Shown here one piece after another: positions 1 through 13,840 of a DNA stretch of 64,000 bases. The translations under genes and the position numbers were made by a program. How positions within the stretch are numbered: the first letter of the stretch is position 1; every line of letters starts with the position of its first letter. The notes under the pieces were generated by a model, which saw only the letters and a program-made list of their open reading frames with translations, made no database searches and had not been told where the DNA came from. The DNA lies in assembly GCF_009914755.1 (NCBI RefSeq), contig NC_060925.1; one strand, given 5' to 3'. This DNA comes from the human T2T-CHM13v2.0 reference genome, Homo sapiens.

Positions 1-2902
1 CATGAATTTGATGAGTATTCAGTCTAGACGTTTAAATATTTACTTATTTTATATATTTTATATTTTGTAATCACTAATAGTCATTTTGTGCATGAAAAAT
101 GACTTAAAAGGTCTCATACTGCAAATTACATTTTTCAAGACTTCATTCTCTGTTTTTAAAAATTCTATGCCTGATAATACATATAGATTTACTTATTTAA
201 TATATTCTATCACCTGAATATATCACACTTCATATCCACTCCCTTATGTTGGGCATGTGAATTCTTTTTAACTTTTTGTACTTATTAACGAAGCTTCAGT
301 GTCTCATTGTGCTTGTATGAGAGGGATTCTGTAGTATATGAAACTAGAAGTGGAATTTCTGAGTTACAAGATTTGCAGAGTATCTAGCTGCACTAGATAT
401 TACCAAATTTATCTTCAATGTGATTGTGTCAATTTACACAAGTGGTGTGTGAAATTTCTATTTTGTCATATTCTTACCAGTAATTGGTGTGGTTAGGCTT
501 TTACATTTTGGTTAGTCTAAGGGTGGAAACTGGCATCTTGTTGTGTTTTCGTTTGTTTTTCTAAACTGCATCTCTCCGATTACTTTCGAGGCAAAATACT
601 TGTATATATTGGTCGTTTTCTCATTTGTTAACTGCCTGTTTTCTATGGTGCTGTTTATTTTTATTGATTTATAGGAGTTATTCATGTATTTTGAATATGA
701 CTTTTTGTTGTCAGAGATGATGTTAAAAATATGAAACAAAAAGAACTGAAACATCAGTACAGCATGAGTAATCACCAATCAAAATAAATGCCATATCCAG
801 TTAGAACAAACTGAATTCACAAAGATGTTCTTTTATTTTTTCTTCTAACATTATAGAAATTTGTTTCTTTACATTTAGATATTTAATTAAATAGAATTTT
901 TTACATATAATGGGAGAAATAGGATCTTTAAAAAAAATAGTCTATTTTTCCAATCTCACCTAATGGTTTGTTATTTCTCTACTAATTTTTATGCCTCCTC
1001 TATTTTATACAAAGGTACCCTGTAAATTGGGTATGTTTCTGGTGTTCCTAATTTATTCCATTGATTTGTCTGTTTCTCTGCCAATAACATACTGCCTTTT
1101 ATTGTTAAGCCACAATTTTATAAAGAATTTTGATTTTTCATAGAGGAATCTTCTTTGTTCTTTTTCTGAAATATCTTACTCATTTGTGGACATTCATTGT
1201 CCTGCATAAATTTTAGAATAGTGTTTAAATTTCCAGGAAACATTCTGTTGGCATTTTGATTGGAATTACATTGAATTTAAAGAATAATTTGAAGAGGAGC
1301 ATTTTCTGATATTTAGTTTTCCTCTCCATGATCGTGGTCATGATCTCTCATCATTTATTCCAGTTTTATTTTTATGTTCTTTAATAATGCTTTATGTATT
1401 TCTCCCCCTAAAGTTTTACATGTGGTTTGTTAGATTCACTTTGGTAGTGACCTGTTGTTAAGATTCTGTGCATTTTTGATGCAATTGTGAATTCTGTCTT
1501 GTTTTTGGTTACATTTTCCAATTGGTTATCACTTGTGGTCAAACGCTATTGATTTTTGTGTGCTTATCATACACCTAGCAATCTTGATGTACTTATCAGT
1601 TCTAATAGTTTATCTGCAAATAATGACAATTTTGTTTCATTCTTGTCTTATTGCTTTGGCTAAGACTTAATATCAGGATACAATTATAAAGGAAGGACTA
1701 AAAGGAAATTTTCTTGATCTGATAAAGGTCATATACCAAAAATTACAGCACATATCACTTTTAATGGTAAAACTTTGTAGTAAAATTTTTGATGCTTTTC
1801 TATTAAAGTCAGGAAAAAAAGTCTCCATTCTATCTCCTACTATTCCATATTATACAGTAAGTAGCCTTTTTGGCAGATAGGTTCTTATCAGGTTAAGGGA
1901 ATTCCTTTCTATTTCTAGATAGCTAAAAATCTTTTGTGAATGGTGTTTAATGTTATAAAATTCATATTCTGTATGTGTTGAGATAACTATGCATATTATT
2001 CTTCATTAAACTATTCATATGGGGTATTATATTAGAAAGGTCTGATATTGAATCAACGCATTTATGAGACAGATCCTTCTTTGACAGTGACAAAATTTTA
2101 TATACTGATGGATTCAACTTGCTGAATTTTACGTTTGTTTTCTATTTCATTTGTGAGATTGGTCTATATTTTTCTTTTTTGTTCTGTTACTTCTTGTTTG
2201 CATTATCAACGCTATGTTAGTCTCATGTAATAGGATGAATGGGAAGCACTCTCCTTTATTCCATTTTTTATTTAAACAAATTGTGTAAAATTTTCTGTCC
2301 CTGAAGATTTGGTAAAACTAGTTTATGTGATGTCAGTTCTTTGAAACTATTATCTAGAGCACAGCCAATTTTAAATGTCCCATGAAAAGACAAGAAAATC
2401 TAGGTGGAAACAAGGCTCTTTGAATTGTAATGAGATATTTACATTGAAATTTTTGTTGATGCAGGAATGTAAAATAGACATTGTGTGCCAAAGTGAAGTG
2501 TCCTTCTCAAACACAAATTTTAAAGGAGGTGGACCATGACTCGTTTCATGAGTCTTAGGCCCTTTACTCAGGAATCATGGCTGTTATATTTAATTTATGT
2601 ATTGTTCTTATTTCAATATGTTGGGTGTTCTTTATTGGCCCTATTAAGGTTTTTCACCTAAAATTTTATTTCACCTGAGGGCATTAGTGCTAAGTCAGCT
2701 TGATTTTGGTATTTGTCTAGTATATCTTTATCTCCTGTTTTTTTGAAACATGTTATTTTAGTTTGGGTCTAGATCTTTTAAGTAGAATCATAGCCGATTT
2801 TGTTGCTGTTGCTAATTTTTAAAATCCAGTTTGAGATTTCTGTCTTTTAATAGACTAAGAATGTGCTATGATTATACATAAATTATAAATTATATTTACC
2901 AG

Positions 2903-3314
2903 TGAAATAGTTTGTCCTCAGTCAAATTTCATGTTGAATTGTAATCCGTATTGCAGGTGGGGCCTGGTGGGAGGTGGTTGGATCATGGGGGTGGATTTCT
3001 CATGAATGGTTTGGCACCATCCTTGTGGTGCTGTCCTTGTGATGGCAAGTGAGTTATCGTGAGATCTGGCTGTTTAAAAGTATGTGCACCTCCTTCCCTC
3101 TCACTCGCTCCTGTTCTCACCATGTGAGACACCTGCTCCTGCTTCACCTTCTGCCATGAGTAAAAACTCCCTGAATCCTCCCCAGAAGCGAAGTGAATGC
3201 TGGCACCATGCTTCCTGTACAGTCTGCAGAACCATGAGACAATTAAAACTCTTTTCTTTATATATTACCCAGTCTCAAGTATTTCTTCATAGCAGTGAAG
3301 AAGAGACTAATACA
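2903..3314 (+). mobile_element. MaLR solo LTR, MSTA/MSTB-like
   Basis: TG...CA ends. Diagnostic ggtggggcctggtgggaggtggttggatcatgggggtggatttctcatgaatggttt and ...gactaataca. 5-bp TSD accag/accat (2898-2902, 3315-3319). Confidence 0.9.
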
Positions 3315-3637
3315 ACCATCTTGCTTTATTTTTGTTTATCATTTATTTTTCCTCTCTTTTGATGCTCTTCTTGGTTTGGTAAAGTATAAAATTTTGTTTC
3401 ATTTTGGTTTCCATCTCTTTTATCTGCCTTTACAGTCATTTTTTAATTCTCCTTTTGGCCCATGGAGATGCTTATTTGTTTTGGTGTGTAAATCTTTTTA
3501 AACTTAATTAAACTTATAACATTCTGTATTTGGAGTAAAAAGTTTAAACATTTTCTTTTTTGTCATTTTATTTTGAGTATGTATTTTGTAAGGAGCTTAT
3601 ATTTAGCATTGGCTTCATTTTTTTTCAACCTAACTTG

Positions 3638-3925
<288 letters not shown>

Positions 3926-4201
3926 TAATAAGGAAATGTAAACAACCACCTTGTGTTTTTTGAGATAAGTGTTATGTCTGGTGGTGTTCCTGTCTTCTAT
4001 TGTTCTTCTGTTTATTATGTATTTTAGTGTCCATCTTTCCATTTTCCTAACTTTTGTTGGAATGATATCTCTTTGTTGTTGTTCTCCATACCTACACAAA
4101 GTGATTTGGAATTTTAGCATCTGAGTTGTATTCTACTAGTGAGAGTCTTTATTATATACATTTTAAGCAAAATTTTAAAAGTACCTTTTTAATTGTTAAA
4201 G

Positions 4202-4456
4202 TTACAATCATGGTGGAAGGGGAAGCAAACATATCCTTCTTCATAAGGCAGCAGGAGGGAGAAGTGCTGAGCAAAAGGGGAAAAAGCCCCTTATGAAACC
4301 ATCAGATCTCATGAGAACTCATTATCATGAGAACAGCATGAGGGTAACCACCCCCATGATTCAATTACCACCCACTGGGTCCCTCCCATGACGTGGGGAT
4401 TATGGGAACTACAATTTGAGATGAGATTTGGGTGGGGACACAGCCAAGCTGTAACA
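4202..4456 (-). mobile_element. THE1C/D-like MaLR LTR fragment, LTR 3' part missing
   Basis: ttacaatcatggtggaagggg...aaccatcagatctcatgagaactc...gagatttgggtggggacacagccaa. Closely parallels the complete THE1 at 48054-48426. Confidence 0.9.
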
Positions 4457-4459
4457 CAA

Positions 4460-4725
4460 TACGGCTGAGTATTATTCCTTTTTTATGGATATAACACAAT
4501 TTGTTTATTTATTCACCACTTAATGGACATCCCCCCCAAAGTTTTGGACATAATAAAAATGCTATGAAAATTTATGTGCAAGCCATTGTGTGTACAAAGT
4601 TTTGAAATTGATGATTCATATAGCAAGTGTATATTTAACTTTGTAAGACACTGCCAAACTTTTTCAAAGGGGTTTTCAGTTTTGTATTCCCAACAGCAGT
4701 ATATGAAAGCTCTATTTCTTCTTGA
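4460..4725 (-). mobile_element. L1M (L1MC/ME-like) 3' fragment
   Basis: ggctgagtattattcc...tttaactttgtaagacactgccaaactttttcaaagggg...tattcccaacagcagtatatgaaag. Confidence 0.7.
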
Positions 4726-5282
4726 GTGAGCTTTGATAGTTTGTGTCTTTCAAGAGATTTCATGTAAGTTGTAGGCTATCAGAAAAGCTCCTGGCTCCTG
4801 TTAGCATCTCTGCAGCCATTGTGCCTACAGTGGATGCAGCTCCTAGCATAAAGAGTGACTCCTGATGAGAAGGCAGCAGTGGAGTTATTGGCTTCAAACA
4901 AAGTCCCATAGGGAAGCTAGGCGGTTTTGGAAACTTCTCCTTTGGAGTGAACAGTCCCTTTTTCTAAAATTGTTTGCCTGATAGAGTCTAAGGCTTTCCT
5001 CAGGTGTGGTGAGACTGTGAGCAGGGGCTCTAAAAATCTGACATAGAAGGAGGGTCCCTTCCAGGTGTAGAGGGGATAGGCCAGTGGCAAGCTTTCCTCC
5101 TTATTCTTAAAATGCTGTCTTCCTAGAATCCAAAATTTCAAACATATAGGTGAGACTCTCTCTTTATTTTTCAGTAATGTCAACAAGATTTTATTTTACA
5201 CTAAATGGCCTCAGGGAGAGAATTAAGAAGGAAGACAACCATGATATAATTTTATCACCATCTTCCTAGAATTCTGTCATTT

Positions 5283-5790
5283 TTACCTCTATTATCTATC
5301 ACTGCATAACCAGTTACCCAAAATGTAGCAGATGAAAACACCAAAATTTATTATCTCCTTTGGGTCAGGAATCCAGGTGCTGCTCAGTATCTTTCACAAG
5401 GTTCCAATCATGGTGTTGGCTAGGCTACAGTCATCTGAAGGCTTTAATGGGGAAGGATCTTCTTCCATGCTCACCCACTTGGCTATTTGCAGGTCTCAGA
5501 AGATCTGTGTCCAGGCTCGTTTATGTGGTTGTTGGCAAGCCTCAGTTCCTTGTCACATGGACCTGTCCACAGGGTTGCTTCACAACATGACAAATGGCTT
5601 TCCCTAGAGAAGGTGAGAGAGCGAGCACCCCTGATGTAAATCACTGTCTTTTCATTGCCTCATTTTGAAAGTGATATCCACCAGATATGTTATACTCTAT
5701 TCACTAGGAACAAGTTAGTCAATCAACCCACATTAAAGGAATGAGGATTACACAAGGGTGTGAATGTCAAGAGGTGGGTGTCATGTACCT
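5283..5790 (-). mobile_element. MLT1 (F/G/H-like) MaLR LTR
   Basis: tatctatcactgcataaccagttacccaaaa...gggtcaggaatcc...gtcatctgaaggc...ctcagttccttgtcacatggacctgtccacaggg...attacacaagggtgtgaat. Confidence 0.75.
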
Positions 5791-5815
5791 TCTAAGTTAA
5801 TTCTTTGTCCTCCAG

Positions 5816-6530
<715 letters not shown>

Positions 6531-6584
6531 CTATGGAGGTAAATGCTGAAAGGATATTGATGGGACACCAAAAATGTCTGCTGT

Positions 6585-7000
6585 ACCCAGCTAGAATGCA
6601 AGCATCACAAAGGGAAGAACCATATTTTCATCATTTCCTCTACAGTCCATCAGCATTATCTAGTGTATTACCTAAAACACATTTTTGCTCAAGTATTTGT
6701 TGAAAGAATGCAAGTTGCTGCTGATGGCACCATGAAGGAACTCAGTGCTGTGAGGAGACAGACTTGCACACCACTAACTACAAGACAGCAGGATAAGTGC
6801 TATCCTGTAGATGTTCATGGGGTGCTATCAGAGTCTAGGGCAGCAACTCTGCTAGCCGCTGGAGAAGAGGCTAAGGAAGCTTTCACACAATAGCAGATGT
6901 GTGTGCTAAGCCTTGAAAAATGAGTAGGATTTTGTGATAGGATTTTATTGGTCAGATAATACATGAAGCAGTGCAGGAAGAAAAAAATGTGTGGCAGAGT
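6585..7000. mobile_element. Two L2 fragments (3' end on + at ~6585-6710; antisense piece at ~6730-7000)
   Basis: ctagaatgcaagc...gctcaagtatttgttgaaagaatg; aggaagctttcaca...ctaagccttgaaaaatgagtaggattttg. Confidence 0.55.
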
Positions 7001-8220
7001 CATTTGTCATTTACAAAAAGAGAGCATAGGCACTCTGGATACTCTTGCTCTCACCCTTCTGCTTCCTCTGCTAGAGAAGTTTCATGCAGCTGAGGCCCTT
7101 GCTGCTGTTTCTGGGCCACCATCTTGTCCATGAAGTAATCATCAGCTTGATAGTCTAAACATGCATGAGTTCACTCTCCTCTCTCCTTCCCAGCAGGCAC
7201 GCACACAACACAGTGGTTTCAAGTCCTTTTGGCAAAGATAATCTTTTCTTGATCTTTGAAAAGGCAGGTAAAATACATATATACACATATAACAAATATT
7301 TTCTTTATGTATTTACTGTTTGTAGGAAGTCTAACCCTAATCCAGCATTTATTAAAACAAGACAGGATTTATTAAATTGGTTCAAGTTTATCAAATATGT
7401 ACAGATCTTTACATAAATTAATTTGCTTGTTAAATATTTGTAAAATTTATTAAGACTTTGGAGAAACTTAAATACCTGAGCTTCCCAGTTTAATTTGGCT
7501 TGATTTTATTTTTTTATTTTTTTTATTACCTAAGGGACCAATGAGGCTTTAAAGTACACACATAGGACTCTGGATGGTCAGGTAAGAGAGGGCCAGAGAG
7601 CAGGTGTCAGCAGCTGGGACCTGACAGGCAAAGAAAGGTGATGTTTGAGTACTTTTGGGTGAACCTCTCTGTTCATCAAGATACTATATTCAAGAACAGA
7701 AGATACTGTGTTCATTAAGCCTGGTGGTGTTGGGGACAGTGAGACATGCCCACTGTGTGATGACATCATAAGAGGCCATGTCAGGATGGAGCTGGAGCCA
7801 TAGACTCCTTTCTTCCTGCTCCTTAATTAAACAATGTATTGAGCTGCTGCCATGTACCAGGCATGGGCCCGTGGGCTGGGAATACAAGGTAGTCAAGATA
7901 CGGGCCCAGCTTACAAAGCGTGAGAAACATAGGCCTATATATAAAAGTTTCAGATTCTGTGTTCAAACCCTGTCTTCACCATTTACAGCTCTCTGGCCTT
8001 GAAATTGGATAATTATATAGAACTGTTGGAAGTTCTAAGGTATAATAGAACATCTAGCTGAGTGGTCATCCCTGCCTTCTAGCTACATCTGGTCAATCAG
8101 TCCTGAAATTTGCAGCACCTTGAACACCTGAACATCTTTTGGGCCCATCTACTTTGATCCATCACCACTGCTTCCACCTGGTCTGAGCCACTGTTGTCTC
8201 TCCTTAGAATAACTACAATA

Positions 8221-8512
8221 GGCCAGGCATGGTGGCTCATGACTGTAATCCTAGCACTTTGGGAGGCCAAGGAGGGTAGATCACTTGAGCTCAGGAATTT
8301 GAGAGCAACCTGGGCAACATGGCGAATCCCTGTCTCTACAAAAAAATTAGCTGGGTGTGGTGGCCCACGTTGGTAGTCCCAGCTACCTGGGGGGCTGAGG
8401 TAGGAAAATTGCTTGAGTCCAGGAGGTTAAGGCTGCAGTGAGCCCACATCATACTCCTGCACTCCAGCCTGGGTGACAAAGTGAGACCCTGTCTCAATAA
8501 ATAAATACAAAC
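8221..8512 (+). mobile_element. AluJ
   Basis: ggccaggcatggtggctca...gagaccctgtctc plus A-rich tail. TSD taactacaata at 8210-8220 and 8513-8523. Confidence 0.95.
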
Positions 8513-8714
8513 TAACTACAATAGTTTTCTCCGTGGTCTTCCCAAACTCATTTTTGTTGCCTTCCAATCCATTCTTAAAATAGCAGCCTGAGTGATTTTT
8601 TTTTTTAAGGCCCAAGAATGATGATGCCATTTCTTAGCTCACAACTCTTCAATTCCTTCTCAATCCTCTTAGGACAAAATCCTACAAGGCCCTGCTCAGT
8701 ATGAGCCCTTACAG

Positions 8715-8950
8715 GGGGGCATAGTGGTTAATTCATCTGGAATCAGGCTGCGTGGGTTTAAATCCTGGTTCTGCTACTTTGTGCAAGGGGGTCCTGGGTA
8801 AGAGTTGTATCCTCTCTGGGCTCCCAGTTTCTTCATGAGTCATATGGGGATGCTCAGGGTATCTAAGGTTATTGATTCCATGAAACAAGACAAGCAAAGC
8901 ACCTAGAATTGTATCAGGAATGTGGTAAGAATATGATGTTATTATTATTA
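8715..8950 (+). mobile_element. MIR SINE
   Basis: catagtggtta...gggtttaaatcctggttctgctact...cagtttcttcat...aaagcacctagaa...attattatta. Confidence 0.75.
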
Positions 8951-10579
8951 CCTTTCCTACCTTATCTACACATGCTTGCCTTCTCTCCATTCATTCTGCT
9001 GCCCTTCTCCCTCTAGCCTCTGGCTATTGGTCTTTGATGATGCTGTCTCTAATACTGTCTCCCTCCCCATTCCTTTGATTACATTCTATTAATCCTTAGG
9101 TTTCCATTTAAGAATCATGTACTCCAGGTGGCCTTCTTGATTCCTTCCCTAGACCAGTTTCTCTCTCTGTGTATGCTCATAGCACCTATATCTTTCTTCT
9201 ATAACACTCTTCACACTATGGTCACCTAAACAATCCCTATCTCCTTGGCAAAAGCCAAGCTCCCTAAGTCAGGGGTGCCATGCAGCTGTTCACCATCATT
9301 CACCATCCTTAGCTCATGCATAGTACCTGGCATGTAGCTGGCAATGGATGGCTGTATTAACAACACAATGTAGCTGAACTGTCTACAACATAGTGTATGT
9401 AACATGCTACAACAGGACCATTATAAACTGTTATGGGAACACAGGTATTTGCCTCCTAGAGGTTCAGCTATGTCCAAAAAAGCAAAAAGCATCCTGCTGG
9501 GAGTTACTGACAGATATCCAACCCTTCTCCTAGGCTTCCCACTGGCAGGAGGTGGCAGCAGGGTTTTATTTGGTAGTGTTGGTGGGCTGTCTGTCATAGC
9601 GTCTGTTTCTTCATGCCCAGCAGATTTTGGCAACTTTGAGATTAAAGAGTGGACTTTCACAAGAAAATAAAAGACCCAAATGTCCTCTAGAGTAGATTGA
9701 CCCTAAACCCCAGGGAACTGAAGCAGTAAATATGCGAATTGCTAAGCACCTGGACATTGTGGTTGGAGTCTGAACTCTAAGAATATTTCATTTCCTGCAA
9801 AACTGCAACTAAAAACTAATTCTGGAATTGGGAATCCCATTTGTCCCAAACTGACATAAGATCTTTCCAAAGATTCCAATCTTTATTTGAAATGGTTGAG
9901 TTTGGTTGTGGCTGCTAACACTTTACTCGCCTTAGAGCGCTCTGCCTTGTGAACTGTCCAAATAAATTGGTAAGCAAATACTGACATACTCTAGAAAAGT
10001 GTAACACTGGAGTGTATCTTTTGGTGATTCATATAATTGTCCCCAAATTAAATCTGAAGTAAAGAGCAGATGGGTTTATGTTCTCTTTTCCCCTTAACAT
10101 GATCACACCTGTTATAATGCTATTTGCAAGAAGGTATTGGAGGATGTGGAAGTTTATGCTTTTAGGGATCCTGAGCTCTAGTCGGGGAGCTGGAACATAC
10201 ATACATGCAAGAAAAAAAATCTCAAGAAGTCCCCTGGTAGAATAATGCAGTGGGAAATAAGCTTCCTAATTTGGCAGGACATGTCAGAGGGAGTGATCAG
10301 ACCTGAGTACAGTTGCTTAAGGAGGGCTGCTGGGAAGAAGGAGAATTTTGAGCGTCTTTCTGGGTGTGAAGAGTTGGTACCCTAGGTGTGAAGGAGATTC
10401 CCAGGGAGGGCCCAGGTGGGCTGGATGGGAAGTGAATGGCAGGAAAGCCAGTAGGAGGGAGTATCCAATGGGAGTGGGGGTTGTGGGGCAGGGACATAAC
10501 GCTTAGGAATCATGCAAGCTGGGTTTGTGGATGATGTCAGAGATCTAAGAATGGAAAGGGCTTATTTTCCTCTGGGCCT

Positions 10580-11260
10580 TTTCATTCAATAAGCATTTAT
10601 TGAGCATCTACTTTATTCCAGACCATAAAAGAGATGCCAAGGATACAAAGAACATAACACACCATCCTCACTTTGGAGGAGCTCACAGTTGAATGAGAGA
10701 GATAGAGGAACAAAATATTACACCACAGTCTGCTGCAGCCTAGGATATAGGATGTGCAGTGGCAACTCAGGGAGGCAGGGACTCAGAAACAACTTCACAG
10801 ACTAGGTGATGTGGCTGAAAAATGCATAGTTATCCCAGGCATAGAAAGGCATGTCGGGCAAAAAATAAAGGTATCTCAGTGGCTTAGAATTCTGAATGAG
10901 GCTAATATGTTCAATGGAAAAAGCAGGAAGTTTGGGGTTGCTGGAGTTTTCAGGGCAAAATGGAAGTTATTTGGACATAAAGGTGGAGAAGGAGTTTTGG
11001 GGCCAGATGGAGACACTCAGCCTCTATGCTGCAGGCAGAGGGGCTGGTGGGAGATCTCAACAAGGAAGCAACATGATCACGTTTATTTCCAGGATAAGAG
11101 TTCTGGAAATGCTGTGAAGGATGGAGGGAAATCAGACAAAACCCAGGACAAAGACTGCAGTTAGTCTCTTAGTTAGGGGTTTGTGACAATCCTGGCAACA
11201 GAGTAACAGTGGGCTTGGAAAGAGCTGGGCAGTGAGGATGGAGAAGGGCTTATTTCTAAA
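10580..11260 (-). mobile_element. L2 LINE 3' region
   Basis: ttcattcaataagcatttattgagcatctact...ggaggagctcacagt..., followed by purine-rich antisense L2 body. Confidence 0.7.
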
Positions 11261-12358
11261 GACCCATTGGGTGTGGTTTCTGCTTTTTCCAGAAGAAGCT
11301 CTTTCACTTCTATTTCCATTAATGTCCTATTGAATGAAAACTCAGGTCCCTTTCCTTCAACCTTCACCCCTCTTTCCCCTACGGACGTTGAAAGCGGCTT
11401 AATATGGCAACACATAAAATGAATCCCACTCAGTGGTAAAGCAGAGCTGAGGTGGGCTCTCAGAGGTGCCGGCTGAAGAGTCCAAGATTGTTTCATGCAC
11501 ATTTGACTTGATAGGAGGGCCTCTTGGAGGCCAGTCTTTTCTGCTTCCCTCTTGACTCTGTATGAGGTGAAGCGGGCCTCTGTTTCCTCTGCTTGGACAT
11601 CCATTCACTCTCAGGCCCATTGTACCTGGGTGTCGGACAATGGTTCGGCTTCCAGTGCAGCAGATGGCCCCTTCTAAAAAGGCCTGGAGTGCTCTGTGGT
11701 CATCAGAGGAAGGGGAGATGTGTTGGCTGTTGGCTACCTGGACAAAGCCGCACTTTGCCTCCCTGGCTAGGATGCGTAGTTCAAGATGGCAGGACTGTGA
11801 GTAGTGTAGAAGTGCAGTGAAAGAATGAATTGCTCTCAAGGGCATCTGAAAAGCTGCTTGCTTTAAAGAGGATCTGAAAAGGTGGCAGCAGGTTTGCCTT
11901 TGTCTTTGGGATTGAGGAGGGGAGTGTTCTCTAGAGAGGGGAAGTTCGCAGAATGGTTCAGATAATGGCTGCATGGATAGGACCTCACCTTCCGTTTCTC
12001 ACCTTCACAGACTTTTCAGCTGGACTTTCTTATCACAAGCAAAGCAAAGGATCCTGGAAACATTGTCCCCACACTGCTCGTGATGGGAACTGGAGCAGGA
12101 TTGGTCTTGTTCTAGGGCACAGTTTGGAGCTGTGTTTGAGGAGGAACTGAGATGCTCCCCTTGCCCACCCCAATGTTCACCTACCAGGCCTGTGGTGGTT
12201 AGGCACTGAGGGCAGTTGTTAAAACGCTACTCTTATCTGGAACAAAATGTGTCTGTTATCTGGCAAGGAGGCCCATTAATCTATCAGCAGCCATCAGTGC
12301 CTCCCCATTAAGTAAGTTATTAGGCTGGTAGAAACCAGGGGCCTGAAAGAAGGCTTTA

Positions 12359-12691
<333 letters not shown>

Positions 12692-12763
12692 TCAGGAGCA
12701 AGGCGTTGCCTTTGAAGAGGGTGGTTCCAGGTGAGACTCAGAGCTGGCGAACAGGTGACTGTT

Positions 12764-13233
12764 AGTAGGGTAAATGCAGCTGAGAGCAATAACTTAATCA
12801 TAGCCTTAGAATCACCCTGTACGGCAGACACACCTGAATGTGTGTTCTGAGTTAGGAAATTTAAGAGTGGCCAACCCAGAGATTTGTTCTTTGTCCATAA
12901 GGAATATCTGAGTCCCCAGCGCATCCAGTGGAACAGGGGCTGAACAGGGGATTGAGTCTCCACGTTTTGGGTTGAATAAAAATTGCCAGGTGGAGGTTGT
13001 CAGGGGGAAGGTGTTAAATGGAAACACTATATATAAACTGCATGCTTTTTGCAAGGGACTGTGGCTTTCCTGCCCAGCCTGCCACCGCTGAACTGTATAT
13101 AAGGTGGTTCTTCTCTTCAGCCCACTGTCAGTGGGCTCCCTCCCCCGTATGTAAGCCCCCAGCAAACTCCATTTCTTGTTTGCTGGCTCAGAGCCTCTTC
13201 TTTGGCCTCTTAAAATAGGGGTTCGGCATGACA
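12764..13233 (+). mobile_element. Solo ERVL LTR, LTR47-like (copy 1)
   Basis: gtagggtaaatgca...gcaataactta...gagtggccaacccagagat...tatataaactgcatgcttttt...ggggttcggcatgaca. Colinear with the reverse complement of 56698-57284. Flanks ctgtt/ccatt. Family name from memory. Confidence 0.85.
13028..13037 (+). promoter_or_regulatory. TATA box of LTR47 copy 1
   Basis: TATATATAAA, at the same LTR position as TATATAAA in copy 2 (57009-57016, - strand). Activity unknown. Confidence 0.5.
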
Positions 13234-13239
13234 CCATTG

Positions 13240-13840
13240 TGTGCATAGAGGAGGCACGCGGAGGAGAGCGAACAGACTCCCAAAGTAAAACTTCATCTAC
13301 TCCTGAATTTTGCCTGGACCCCACTCGGGTGGCCACAGGCGTGGATTCGCAGTTGCGCTATCTGCATTGGAGCCCATCTGCTGCTTTTCCTTGGACAATG
13401 GCTGCCCGTTTAGGGTTGTGACCCAGGAGTCGCTGTGGTTATCAACTGCGAGAGCTCAAACGGACACATGAGAAGCAGCTTTGTTTAGCGTCCTTGACAT
13501 AACTAACCACATATTAACAACAGAGCCTTGTGGTATAGAGGCTCCTGTTTGTTCAGAATCTTAATAGGTGGGCTTTGTGCACATGGATTTCTAATACTGC
13601 TTACCCTGTATTTTAAGTCAAAGAGGGTCTTTGTGTGAAGGATTCTCCACCTCCTTTTCCCTTTCTACGAAGGAGGTAAGTGTTTTCTCTCACCTTTCGT
13701 GACTTACAAGCAGCTGAATAGCACTTGTGGTGTTTGAATGTCATATAATAGGCATCGTCACCGATAGAGAAATGTCCTTTTCCGTGTTTCTGAGCGCTCC
13801 TGTGCTTACTCTCCCTCTTACGTGTGAGCTCTCGCTCCTT
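13240..13840. promoter_or_regulatory. Candidate CpG-enriched regulatory region or first exon
   Basis: 12 CpG in 13241-13500, four TGTGGT (RUNX-type) sites, donor-like GAG/GTAAGT at 13673-13681; no recognisable repeat. Confidence 0.35.

Larger units (their letters stand above)
8085..9350 (+). mobile_element. L2 LINE relic interrupted by an AluJ and a MIR
   Basis: ccatcaccactgcttccacctggtctgagcca...ccaatccattcttaaaatagcagcctgagtgatttt...catagtacctggcatgtag. Confidence 0.7.

Noticed and set aside
11173-11974. Overlapping 143-aa and 191-aa ORFs in unique sequence
   Set aside because: No recognisable domain or convincing exon structure; such lengths occur by chance in 64 kb.
12745-12759. tggcgaacaggtgac resembling a tRNA-Lys primer-binding site (TGGCGCCCGAACAGGGAC)
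   Set aside because: It lies upstream of the LTR rather than just 3' of it and needs indels to match; likely chance.
12812-13336. 174-aa ORF similar to the 173-aa ORF at 56659-57180 (LQKACSLYIVF versus LQRACNLYNIF), suggesting a paralogous gene pair
   Set aside because: Both are antisense readings of the same LTR47 family, so the similarity is explained by the repeat. No domain is recognisable.
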